Positions 1 to 9,900 of a stretch of DNA of 64,000 bases are shown here, one piece after another. The stretch is from the NCBI GenBank assembly GCA_964384465.1, contig CAYLLT010000020.1, positions 2,488 to 66,487 of the forward strand, read 5' to 3'. Both the position numbers and the translations under genes were made by a program. Origin of the DNA: an uncultured Planctomycetales bacterium. Lineage in GTDB: Bacteria; Planctomycetota; Phycisphaerae; UBA1845; PWPN01. The notes beneath the pieces are model-generated. The model was not told where the DNA came from. It ran no database searches and saw only the letters and a program-made list of their open reading frames with translations. Each line of letters starts with the position of its first letter. Position 1 is the stretch's first letter.

Positions 1-876
1 TGGCGACTGCCTCGATTCGAGCATGAGCAGATACTGCCGGACGAAGGCGTGATCGTCGACGGTCAGAGTGGGACTATCCTTGATCCACAGGTAAGCCTGG
101 GTCGGCGCGATCGCGGCATCGAAACGGACCGCCTGCCCCTGGCCCGGCCCGACTGTCAGGTACGCGTTGCTGCCCCGCAGGAACTGCATGGCCATCTGGG
201 CGTACGCCTCCTGGTGAAGCACGTGATAGAAGAACGCCTCGTACATGGCGTACTCCTGCTGATACGGTGCGTTGGGGTCGCCGGCGACCGCGTAGTTGGA
301 GGCCGCCCGGTTCAGATAGTACTGCCGGATAAAGTCGTAATAGTCGTCGCGGGTGATGGCCCGCGGCGCCGGCAGGGGCGGCGGATTCAGCCAGCGATCA
401 GGTGTTATTGCGGGTATTTCGGTGAGCCAGCCCACCGTCTTGATGTAGTAACCGGCGGGCGCGCTGCTGGCCTGCCCGTCATTGACGACGAAGAAGAAGG
501 TGTCGGAGCCCTCGTACCCGGTGGTGGGCTTATAGATGACGTAGTTTCCGCCGTTTGACAGGCTGTACGGCAGCTCTGAATTCTGGATGACGTGCAGCCC
601 CTCGGCGAGCGTCCCGTGGGTGGGGAGCGTCACAATGATATACGTCAACGGGTCGCCGTCAGCGTCGGTGCCCGTGAGCGTAAAGCCGGCAGCCTTGTTG
701 ACCGGTATATCGACGCTCCGCTCGATTCCGACGGGGGGCTGGTTCTCGGCGAAGGCGGCATTCTGTCCGCCAACGACGAGGGACAGACTCACCGATGCGA
801 GCGCCACGAGGCATGCGATCCGCAGCGCCCGATGTGCGCTGGCTGCATCAAGACAAGTCTTTCTCGGTGATCCCAA
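1..876 (-). CDS. Secreted protein, N-terminal part only (runs off the left edge): signal-peptide-like segment followed by a cadherin/Ig-like 'DADGDPLTY' domain
   Basis: Absent from the ORF track because it has no stop inside the window. My minus-strand translation (codon first bases at positions divisible by 3) is open from 1119 down to 1. It reads ...HRALRIACLVALASVSLSLVVGGQNAAFAENQPPVGIERSVDIPVNKAAGFTLTGTDADGDPLTYIIVTLPTHGTLAEG...YKPTTGYEGSDTFFFVVNDGQASS... The start is uncertain. TTG at 876 lies just before the hydrophobic stretch. The first in-frame ATG, at 1113, would add an implausible Cys-rich leader. Confidence 0.5.
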   Translation of the reverse strand, partial: MGSPRKTCLDAASAHRALRIACLVALASVSLSLVVGGQNAAFAENQPPVGIERSVDIPVNKAAGFTLTGTDADGDPLTYIIVTLPTHGTLAEGLHVIQNSELPYSLSNGGNYVIYKPTTGYEGSDTFFFVVNDGQASSAPAGYYIKTVGWLTEIPAITPDRWLNPPPLPAPRAITRDDYYDFIRQYYLNRAASNYAVAGDPNAPYQQEYAMYEAFFYHVLHQEAYAQMAMQFLRGSNAYLTVGPGQGQAVRFDAAIAPTQAYLWIKDSPTLTVDDHAFVRQYLLMLESRQSP

Positions 877-1147
877 TGATTTACCCCTGTGGAAGGTCGG
901 ACCGAGGAAGGAGCTTCTTTCGGAGGATAAGTCTACCGCATCTTGCCGTGCATGCAAGCGAAAAAATCCGCGAACATTAAGGAATTTGATGATGGAGTCG
1001 GCGTCCGGCTGTTCAGCATCGCTGCAAAACGCGGTTTTCGATGGTCTGAAGCAGCAGAGGCAGGGAAATGGCTCAGCGGTCTTGGCAAATGACGCGCTGC
1101 GGAACAGGTCCATGCCTGGTTATATAATCAGCAGCATCGGGAGTTCT

Positions 1148-1211
1148 GTAGGGTCCGCTCCGCGGACCTTCAGATTTGATTTGATCTCCAGGCCCGCACA
1201 GCGGACCCTAC
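1148..1211. repeat. REP-like inverted repeat (12-bp arms GTAGGGTCCGCT / AGCGGACCCTAC)
   Basis: Arms at 1148-1159 and 1200-1211 are perfect reverse complements, read directly. The element is intergenic, between two minus-strand genes. Confidence 0.6.
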
Positions 1212-1216
1212 GCACT

Positions 1217-1251
1217 GAACCCTGACCCCTAAACCCTGAACCCTCAACCCC
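1217..1251. repeat. Short degenerate AACCCT-type hexamer/heptamer run
   Basis: The sequence is gAACCCTgacccctaAACCCTgAACCCTcAACCCc, immediately 3' of the stop of the 1253-3124 gene. Confidence 0.5.
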
Positions 1252-1252
1252 G

Positions 1253-3124
1253 TCACGGCGCCGGGTTCAGCAGCAGCAGACCATTCACCGAGTTCGCCGG
1301 GTTGTTGCGGGCGATGATCTCGTCCGTCGAACTGACCGTGCTGCTCTTGTCATAGTCGTATCTGGCATCCGGCGCATTCGCCGCGGCATACGTGGAGTTC
1401 GTCGCCACCGGCACCCGCCTCAAACTGTTGTGCGGGTGATTGCGGGCGTCGGTCTCATCGGTTACGGTGACGATCGCCTGCGTCCCGTTCGGTGTCAGGC
1501 CCTCACCGATCGCCAGCCCGAAGTAAAAGACGCTATCGTCCGTCAGGTCGAGCTGGCCCCCGCTGGCATTCGATTTGACCACCACCCGCAGCCATCGCGT
1601 GTTCGGAATGGCGTTATCCGCCCAGATGATCCTGACACGATCCGACCCGCCGCTCCCGCCGCCGGGCGTCACGTCGATGCTGAGCGGGGCCGCCGCCGCG
1701 GCATACGATCCAAGGTTCGCGCTGTTGCCGACCTTGAAATCGAAGTTGGACGCCGAAAGCGCGCCCCCCGGCAGCGGTCCGCACGCCCCCGACATCACAT
1801 CGATCATCAACCCGTTGATGCCCCGGCTGTAACTGATGTAATGACTCGTCTCCGCGGTCTGACCGGGATCTAGCGCGGACTTGTCGGTCGCGAGCGCGGT
1901 GTTGTCGTTGCAGGGGTTCGCCCCGGTCAGCGTGGTGCAGGCCTTCGAGTCTGAGTCGTAGAACGAATTGTTGTAAAAGATGTGCCGGGCGACAATCGAT
2001 CGCGTGTTCAAACGCGAGATGCGAAAGAGCCGGCCGTCCGCCTGCGTGAACGGGCCGAAGGTCATGACCACGAGGTGGCCGTAGGGATCGACCTCAACGT
2101 CGAGCGGGTTGAGGAATCCGCGGGCGAAGACCGTCGCCTGGCCGGTCGGTTGATCGGCATCACTGAGATCCGGGACCACGCGGACCACGTCCATGCCGAC
2201 GCCGTTCGGGTCATCGAGTTCATAATCGAACCGGGCGATGAACAGGTTGCCTTCGTAGCCGCTGCCCCAGCACCCGCCCGCCGGATAGAAGTCCAGTCCA
2301 TCGGCCGAGGTCCCCAGCCCGAGCTCCAGCACGGGCGGAACGGCATCGGGAGGCGCGCTTTCCTGTGGAAACCCGTGGTGCCCTCCCGGGACCACCCGGT
2401 GCAACTTCTCCGGCCGGAGCGGCGTATCCTGCCCGTTGTCCCCGACCCACACGCGGTGCTGCGCATCCACACCGATCCCGAAGGGATTGCGGAATCCGTA
2501 TGCGTATACGCTCGGCAGGTTGTTCGAGGCGTTGAAATCGACCTGGAGCAGATCGACCCGCAGCACGGTCGCGGCCGGAATCGGCTGCGTGTTGTCCGCC
2601 TCACCGTCGTCGGTGCGCGAGCCCTGGCCGACGTAGAGAATGTGGCCGTCGATCGCAAGCTGATCGTTGTGGTGGCCGGCGTTGGGAAGCTGGGTGACAA
2701 ATCGCTGCTGCGTTTCGTAGATGCCGTCGTGGTCAGAATCGAGCAGCCGCGCCAGGAAGCCGGTATCGTACGCGGACTCGTTGGAAGAGGCATAGAAATC
2801 ACCGTTCTCGTCGAAGGCGATTCCGAGCAGGTTGCCCCCCACGTTTGAGGCCACGACCGTGCCCGATCCCTGCACACCATCGGGCCCGTAGTCGAACGCG
2901 AAAATGGTTCCGGTTCGGGTGGCCACGTACAGCCGGCCATCAGGCCCGAAGGTGATCTGCGTGGGCCACGGCAGGCCGGTGGCCTCCTGCGTTAATACGA
3001 AACCCGCTTCAAGAACTACGGGCTCCCCCCGCGCTGCCAACGTACAGGTCAACGACATCGTCCCGATAAAAAGCCCTGCCAATGACCGCGACATTCGATC
3101 TCTCCTTCGTTTCCAGTGGACCAT
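1253..3124 (-). CDS. Secreted PQQ-dependent sugar (glucose/sorbosone) dehydrogenase-like beta-propeller fused to a C-terminal beta-sandwich-like region
   Basis: 623-aa ORF. The N-terminal signal-like segment is MSRSLAGLFIGTMSLTCTLAARG (alternative start at 3094). Propeller motifs include GLPWPTQITFGPDGRLYVA, YAYGFRNPFGIGVDAQHRVWVGDNGQD and GGHHGFPQ. The C-terminal ~250 aa (RHIFYNNSFYDS...) has no function I can recognise. Confidence 0.65.
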   Translation of the reverse strand: MVHWKRRRDRMSRSLAGLFIGTMSLTCTLAARGEPVVLEAGFVLTQEATGLPWPTQITFGPDGRLYVATRTGTIFAFDYGPDGVQGSGTVVASNVGGNLLGIAFDENGDFYASSNESAYDTGFLARLLDSDHDGIYETQQRFVTQLPNAGHHNDQLAIDGHILYVGQGSRTDDGEADNTQPIPAATVLRVDLLQVDFNASNNLPSVYAYGFRNPFGIGVDAQHRVWVGDNGQDTPLRPEKLHRVVPGGHHGFPQESAPPDAVPPVLELGLGTSADGLDFYPAGGCWGSGYEGNLFIARFDYELDDPNGVGMDVVRVVPDLSDADQPTGQATVFARGFLNPLDVEVDPYGHLVVMTFGPFTQADGRLFRISRLNTRSIVARHIFYNNSFYDSDSKACTTLTGANPCNDNTALATDKSALDPGQTAETSHYISYSRGINGLMIDVMSGACGPLPGGALSASNFDFKVGNSANLGSYAAAAAPLSIDVTPGGGSGGSDRVRIIWADNAIPNTRWLRVVVKSNASGGQLDLTDDSVFYFGLAIGEGLTPNGTQAIVTVTDETDARNHPHNSLRRVPVATNSTYAAANAPDARYDYDKSSTVSSTDEIIARNNPANSVNGLLLLNPAP

Positions 3125-3359
3125 GCAATCGATTCCGTACTCATACCGTCTGACATAACTCCGTGGTGGGACCGGTATCCCGCCGGTCTCCGCAGCGTTC
3201 TGTCAACCCCCCACTTCCTCTTCGCCAGTGGATGACGCTTCCTGACACGCATTCCGGCGGCTTCTGTGTCTTTTTTCCACCGCATCCGACGGGCCTCCCC
3301 CAAGGCCCGTGTGGTCTGGAGTCAGTGAGGCGAAGCGCGGTTCACAGCGCGTGCGCGAT

Positions 3360-6300
3360 TCAGTCTGCGCAGTGGGGATCGTAGTTGCCCGCACCGCTGT
3401 AGCAGCGCTGAAACGCGCCGTAATCATCAAGGTCGCCGTCGCCGTCGTTGTCCACGTCGCACGCGGCGAACTGCGCGGCTGTGCATCCCGTGGCCGGCGG
3501 GCCGAAGATCGTCGGGCCCGTCACACATAGTTTGAATTGATCGTAATCGTCCTCATCCACGCGGCCGTTCAGATCGAAATCGAACCGCAGCGGCGGACAG
3601 CCGGAAAGACCGGGCGGATTACCCGCCGGCGTAGTAGGGCAGAGATCAATGCAGTCGGCTATGCCGTCACCGTCCGCGTCATCAGGACACGGAACAATCA
3701 TTTCCCTCGTCTGATAAGGCACACCTTCTGTTGATTGCATGACCGCGTAAACGACGTCGCCGGGACTCAGTGCGAGGTTGTTAAAGATCACCGAGTTATT
3801 CCCGTTCGGAACCACCGGCGGCCCGAGCTGTGCCCCGTTCTTGTACAACGTCACGTTGGCCGCATCAGCGTCCACGCCGGAGACGGTGACCGATGTCGCC
3901 CCCGCGGAGAGCGGACCCAGCAGCGGCGCGGCCACATCGACGCGCTGAAGCTGAAAATCGTCAACATAGATGGCGTAATCGGGCTCATCGTCCGGCATAT
4001 CCCGCATCACGAGAAACATCCCGATGTCCTGTGTCGTCGGCGGTAGTCGCACCGGGCAGGCGACGGTTATCCATTCACCGCTGATCGGGTGAATCTCCAC
4101 CAGCCCGCGTCCAACGACAAAGACGCCCGCCAGCGAGATGTTTGTTCTGGCCGGCGCCTGGATGTAAACCGTGCCCCGGGTGGGCGGCGTGTCGGCATAG
4201 ACCCGAACGAACAGAATGTAATCGGCTGTCGTGGCATACGATAAGTTCGAGACGCTTTGATAAATGTACGATTCCGATCCGCTCGCACCGGCGATCTTGA
4301 CCACTTTCCCCTGGTTCGAGCCGGAAGCCGGGTCGTCCACGACCGAGAAGGGATTCGATACGCCGTCGGCGACGCTTGTGCGCCAGTGATCGTTCAGGCT
4401 GGTATTGCTGAAGCCAGGGTCCGCGTTGAGCGGAGTCATGGCCGGCGCCTGGCATAGATGATTCCACACGCTTTTGGAGATGCTCAATTCCGTCACCAGA
4501 TCCGGATAAGCGGCCGGATCAATACTGTTTATCGTGCTGGTCACGGCCGCATCGTCCTTCATCGCCAGCAGCCGGAACATCAGATCACGGTCCCACCATT
4601 TGCCCATGAGGTCGAACAGGTAGTGCTTGGGAATTCCGCCCGCGACGCCCATGATGTGATCGTTTCCGTGTGTATTGTCCAACGGCCACGGTTTGACCCA
4701 ATCCATCCGATCCTGCTCGGCAACGATGCTGTCTTGCAACACGCCGGCGGCTTCCACGACCTGGCCGGCCAACGCTTCCGTATGCGCCAGGGTCGCTGCG
4801 CGACGCGCCTGTCCGGTGATGGCCCAGTAGCCGTATTGCGCGCGCATCAACCAGGCCCGGTTCTTCTGGTGTGTCGTAGCTGAACTGCCGGGGGCCGTCG
4901 CTGCCGCCACGCAATCGTCGAGCGTTTGAGCGCTGTGCTCCAGTAGCTGCGCAACAGTCGGGTGGTCGAGGTACTCGGTCGCAATCACACTTACGAATGA
5001 ACCTCTGGCGTATCTGAGATAATTCAAACTCCTGGCGCCGGCGCCATCAACCCCGGACCAGAAATCGTCCCAATCCGTGTAGAATTCGACCAGGTGGGAG
5101 GCCGCCTCAGGCCCGACGGCGGCCGTGCACCAATCGGTCAGGAGGCCGGGACCGTTCTGGTCGTCGAAGATCTTCAGGTCCGGCTTCCAGAGCAGTTTGA
5201 AGTAGGCATAGAACTTGAACGCCTCGCCCCAGTTGGGGTAGTGCTCGGATCGACTATGCCGCACGCCGGCGTTGTAGTCCGACTGGAGATAACGCGAAAT
5301 CTCCGACAGGTGCGGCACCGGCGCCAGAGCGCTGGCGAGATAGTCATACGCTCCGAGGTCGCCCGAGGTCACGTTCGCCCAGCGCCCAAGCAGCGCTTCG
5401 TATCGGGCGCGCTGACCGACACCCGCGCGATCATCCACCAGCTTGAGACGCTCGAACGCGAAGAATGGGATCACGTGGTCATCCACCATGGGACCGAGTG
5501 GCCCGAACCCCGCTCTCCCGTCTCGTGTGTCACGGTCCGGCGGATCGAATGTCTCGTCATAGGCCAAAGCCCCCAGATACTTGTTATTGCCATATCCGGA
5601 ATAGGAAGGGCCGCGCAGCAGCGCGACGGCTTCATTGGCCCATTGGAAGTAACTCCAGGACATGTCTCGAAGGCCGATGCTGTTGAAGGCGACCCGGGTC
5701 GTACAATCAGCCGGCGGATTGGTCGTGCAACCTTCAGCCACCGGTTCGCGGGCGAAAGACGCGACGCTGGTGTCGCGCTTTGTCGCCGGCCCGGTATCCT
5801 CAAGTCCGATCGGGAAGCTGGCGGCTTCTTGATTATCGTCGAAATACATCTTCAGGCGATCCGCCGCAGCAGCAGCCAGTGCACTCGCGGAGAAGTTGGG
5901 AAACCAGTCCGTCTGGTAATCGTAGACGGGGATCAATTGATCGGGGTAGAACTCAGGATGCGAACCGCCGTAAATGCTCGGCGGGAACAGACGGTGTGTA
6001 TTGTGCGACGGATCGACCCGCGAGTTTCCGCGCAACTTCCGCGTCCACTGTCGTTGGGTGGAGATCACCCCGTTGCTCGAAAACCCGTAGCCGCTCCCGG
6101 CGCGGGTCAGATACGCCGGGCTCTCGCGCACCTCCGTCTGCGGGATCGTCAAAATGGTATGTACCGGGACATGATCGCCGCGGACGAGATACTTCCCCGC
6201 GCCATCCGCCGGAGCATCAACCGGCGCCGGCTCGATCTGCGCCAGTTCCGCGGACGTGAAATGTGAATCGGGCATCACCCACCTGACGCCCAGGTGGCGC

Positions 6301-6926
6301 TCCAGGAACTCATACGTTCCGTTTTCCGTCCCTTCCTCTGTCGGCCCGGCGATCACGTGGTTCGCGTCATCGAGACCCTTCAGAACGTACCCTTCATCAT
6401 CGAGATCGATGAGGCTGATGGCGGTCATGCCGCACTGCGACTGGCCCAGATGAACGTTGATCCCTGAGGCCAGGCAACTCGTATCGATGTCCACGGTCGC
6501 GTTCGGCAGGCTCTCGGACAGGTACGTCTTAAGCATCTCGGCGGTGGCTTCTCGCTGTAGCTTGCCCTTGAGGTGATAGATGTAGATACCCGCCCCGCCG
6601 GGAATCGCATCGGGACTCCTGATGATGGATTCCAACCTGATGGAACTATCAGAGAGTCTCTCTTCGATTCTATACGCCCTGAGCAGGCCTGGATTGAGAT
6701 CTTCGAGATAGTAACCCTTCGCCTCTGTCACCAGGAAGGTGTCGCCGGGTACGAAGGTGTAGCCCTGGAATGCATTCGCGTTTCCGGTCAAGACGCGGTT
6801 GCCGGGCTCGAAAGAAGCATCCGTGACCGCGGTGCGAGAGGGGATCACAATCCGGATCGCACTGTGCGCCCAATCCGTCACGTTGACCGATGGGTTCAAC
6901 GTAACCAGCAATAACCAGAATACCAA
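3360..6926 (-). CDS. Large secreted DUF4838-like (GH20-related fold) protein with a CBM-like jelly-roll, an Ig-like domain and a Cys-rich dockerin-like C-terminal module
   Basis: 1188-aa ORF with a TTG start at 6926. The motif GTYEFLERHLGVRWVMPD is typical of DUF4838 proteins. The C-terminal 109 aa carry two EF-hand/dockerin-like loops (DFDLNGRVDEDDYDQF and DVDNDGDGDLDDYGAF). It lies 43 nt downstream of the subtilase gene on the same strand. Confidence 0.6.
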   Translation of the reverse strand: MVFWLLLVTLNPSVNVTDWAHSAIRIVIPSRTAVTDASFEPGNRVLTGNANAFQGYTFVPGDTFLVTEAKGYYLEDLNPGLLRAYRIEERLSDSSIRLESIIRSPDAIPGGAGIYIYHLKGKLQREATAEMLKTYLSESLPNATVDIDTSCLASGINVHLGQSQCGMTAISLIDLDDEGYVLKGLDDANHVIAGPTEEGTENGTYEFLERHLGVRWVMPDSHFTSAELAQIEPAPVDAPADGAGKYLVRGDHVPVHTILTIPQTEVRESPAYLTRAGSGYGFSSNGVISTQRQWTRKLRGNSRVDPSHNTHRLFPPSIYGGSHPEFYPDQLIPVYDYQTDWFPNFSASALAAAAADRLKMYFDDNQEAASFPIGLEDTGPATKRDTSVASFAREPVAEGCTTNPPADCTTRVAFNSIGLRDMSWSYFQWANEAVALLRGPSYSGYGNNKYLGALAYDETFDPPDRDTRDGRAGFGPLGPMVDDHVIPFFAFERLKLVDDRAGVGQRARYEALLGRWANVTSGDLGAYDYLASALAPVPHLSEISRYLQSDYNAGVRHSRSEHYPNWGEAFKFYAYFKLLWKPDLKIFDDQNGPGLLTDWCTAAVGPEAASHLVEFYTDWDDFWSGVDGAGARSLNYLRYARGSFVSVIATEYLDHPTVAQLLEHSAQTLDDCVAAATAPGSSATTHQKNRAWLMRAQYGYWAITGQARRAATLAHTEALAGQVVEAAGVLQDSIVAEQDRMDWVKPWPLDNTHGNDHIMGVAGGIPKHYLFDLMGKWWDRDLMFRLLAMKDDAAVTSTINSIDPAAYPDLVTELSISKSVWNHLCQAPAMTPLNADPGFSNTSLNDHWRTSVADGVSNPFSVVDDPASGSNQGKVVKIAGASGSESYIYQSVSNLSYATTADYILFVRVYADTPPTRGTVYIQAPARTNISLAGVFVVGRGLVEIHPISGEWITVACPVRLPPTTQDIGMFLVMRDMPDDEPDYAIYVDDFQLQRVDVAAPLLGPLSAGATSVTVSGVDADAANVTLYKNGAQLGPPVVPNGNNSVIFNNLALSPGDVVYAVMQSTEGVPYQTREMIVPCPDDADGDGIADCIDLCPTTPAGNPPGLSGCPPLRFDFDLNGRVDEDDYDQFKLCVTGPTIFGPPATGCTAAQFAACDVDNDGDGDLDDYGAFQRCYSGAGNYDPHCAD

Positions 6927-6969
6927 GGGATAATTACCTATTCCTTGTCACGGATCAAAAAATCGCGGA

Positions 6970-9900
6970 TCAGTCCGCGCAATGCGGATTGTAATTGCTT
7001 GCCCCGCTGTAACAGCGCTGGAAATAGCCGTAGTCGTCGTTGTCACCGTCGCCGTCGCTGTCGACGTCGCACGCGGTGAACTGCGCGGGGGTGCATCCGG
7101 TTGGCGGCGGGCCGTAAATGGTCGGACCCGTCCGGCACAATTTGAATTGATTGTAGTCGTCCTGGTCCACGCGGCCGTTCAGATCGAAATCGAACCGCAG
7201 CGGCGGGCAGCCGGAAAGACCGGGCGGATCACCCGCCGGCGTCGTCGGGCACAAATCGTTGCAATCGGCCGTACCGTCGCTGTCGGTGTCGGTGTCCGGC
7301 GTGCCGCAGCCGCATTGACCCGGAGCGATCTTCCCCACATCGTTCGGACAGCCGTCGCCGCAGTTGGGCGTACCGTCGTTGTCGTCATCGGGACTGCTCA
7401 CGGTGAACGTGTTCGGACAATCACTGCCAATGTCGGCCGCGTCCTTGACCGTAACCGTCACCGTCGTATTTCCGAGACCGACCAGCGTCCCAACCAACGG
7501 GCTTTGCGTTTTCGTCAGCGAGCCGGCGGGCGTGCAATTGTCCGTCGCGGTGACATCGGCCGTAAAGTCCGGCACCGGCGCCTGACAATTGCCATCAGCG
7601 GGCGCGAACTGCGCCGGTCCGCACGACGAGATCGCCGACGCGGTCGTATCCACCACCGTCACGTCCACCGTGCAGTTGGCGGTATGCCCGTGCCCGTCAT
7701 CGGCCGTGACCGTGACCGTGTGCGCGCCGGGGCCGACGGGCGTGCCGGCCGGCGGATTCTGCGTCGTGAGCACGTTCGGATTGCACCCGTCGGAAGCACT
7801 CGCACCGCTCGCAAGCTCCGGGATCGCCGCCTGGCAATTGGCATCCGCGGAGATCGGCGCCGGCGCCGCCAGACACGTCACGTTCGGCGACAGCGTATCC
7901 TGCACGGTCAGCATACGCGACGCGGTCACGTTCGGCGGAGTGCCGCCCGGATGCGATGCCGTCCACGTCACCGTCGTCGTGCCCAGCGGCAGACACGCCG
8001 GAGCATCGTTGCCGATCGTCGTATCGTTATCACAGTGGTCTTGCCCCTGCGGTTGCGCCAGCCACGCCGCAACGACGGTGTCCGTCTTCGGCGTGCCACT
8101 GCTGCTCGGACTCGTGCAGCCCTGACATTCGACGATCAAGTCGCTCGGCAGATTCGTAATCATCAGCGGCGCGTCCTCGCTCACGACGATCATCCGTGTC
8201 GCCGTGCTGGGGTTGCCGGAAAGATCGGTGGCCGTATACACCGCGTGATACGTCCCCTCGACCTGCGTGTTGGGGAAGCCTTCCGGATAGCTCGGCGGCC
8301 CGACGGAGATCGCTCCGTCGCAACTGTCGCTCGCCGTCGCACCCTGCTCCACGTACTGATTGGGCTGATTGTTTTGGCAGGTAAAAGCATTGGGCGTGCC
8401 GCCGGTGATGGTGATCACCGGCCCGGTCACATCGTTGAGCGTCAAGGTCCGCGTGCACATCACCTGATTGTTCGCCGCATCCTTGACCGTGAGCGTCACT
8501 GTGTGCGGTCCCTTACCGGTGACCGTGCTGCCCGCCGTCGGGCTCTGCGTCCTGGTCAGCGAACCGCCGGCCGTGCAGTTGTCCGTAGCCGTCACGCCGG
8601 CCGTGAAATCCGGCACCACGGCCTGACAATTGGCATCGGCATTGACGGCCTGATTCGGACCGCAATCGGTAATGGTGGGAGCAGCGGCGTCATTCACTGT
8701 GAAGCTTTTCGTACACATCGCCGGGTTGTTGGCCACATCCTTGACCGTGATGGTCACGGTTGTAGCACCCAGGCCCACCAGCGTACCGGCAATGGGACTC
8801 TGCGTCCTGGTCAGCGAGCCGGACGGCGTGCAGTTGTCCGTCGCGGTCACGTCGCCGGTCATATCGGGAACGGCCGCCTGGCAACTGCCGTTCGCCGACG
8901 CGGATTGATTCGAGCCACAGGAGGTGATCGACGGAGCGGTGATGTCGTTCACGGTGAAACTCTTGTTGCACATCGCGCTGTTGTTCGCCGCATCTTTCAC
9001 GGTAATGGTCACCGTGGTCACACCCGCGCCGACCAGCGTGCCCGCCGTCGGGCTCTGCGTCTTGGTCAGCGACCCGGAGGCCGTGCAATTGTCCGTCGCG
9101 GTCACGTCGCCGGTCATGTTGGGCACCGCGGCCTGGCAACTGCCGTTCGCCGACGCTGATTGATTCGAGCCACAGGAGGTGATCGACGGAGCGGTGGTGT
9201 CGTTCACGGTGAAGTTCTTGTTGCAGATCGCGGAGTTGTTGGCGGCGTCCTTCACAGTGATCGTCACGCTGGTTACGCCCAGCCCAACCAGCGTGCCGGC
9301 AATGGGACTCTGCGTCCTGGTCAGCGAGCCGGACGCCGTGCAGTTGTCCGTCGCGGTCACGTCGCCGGTCATATCGGGAACGGCCGCCTGGCAACTGCCG
9401 TTCGCCGACGCCGACTGATTGGAACCACAGGACGTGATCGATGGGACGGTAGTATCGTTGACAGTGAAGCTCTTCATGCACGTGGCGGAGTTGTTCGCCG
9501 CATCTTTCACGGTAATGGTCACCGTGGTCACACCCGCGCTGACCAGCGTGCCCGCGAGCGGGCTCTGCGTCTTGGTCAGCGAGCCGGACGCCGTGCAATT
9601 GTCCGTCGCGGTCACGTCGCCGGTCATGTTGGGCACCGCCGCCTGACAACTGCCGTTCGCCGACGCTGATTGATTCGACCCGCAGGAGGTGATATTCGGC
9701 GGCGTGGTGTCGTTGCCGCCGGTCAACGTGAAGGCGCCGGTTCCCGTGACACGTTTGACCAGGATGTACGCCCGCCGACTCGCCACCGGCGTGTAGCAGA
9801 TCGATTCGTTGACGTTCGTGCCCACGTTGGCACTCGACGCGAGAATCACCGGGTTGCCTTTGGTGTCAGGGACGCTGTCGTAAACGTACAAATCGTAGTC

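Noticed and set aside
1217-1251. The AACCCT repeats might be telomere-like sequence or a contig end.
   Set aside because: There are only 3-4 degenerate copies, embedded between ordinary bacterial genes. The sequence continues normally on both sides.
6982-9159. Very long ORFs antisense to real genes. Examples: 6982-9159 (+), 725 aa; 15679-17436 (+); 20020-21624 (+); 24058-26277 (-); 57638-59149 (+); 36766-37932 (-).
   Set aside because: Their products are Arg/Gly/His-rich and low in complexity, with no recognisable motifs. Each is fully overlapped on the other strand by a gene with clear family signatures. They are typical shadow ORFs of high-GC DNA.
8437-9711. The regular 255-bp repeats might be a CRISPR-like array.
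   Set aside because: There are no unique spacers and the period is far too long. The repeats are in frame within the subtilase CDS and encode Ig/HYR-like domains.
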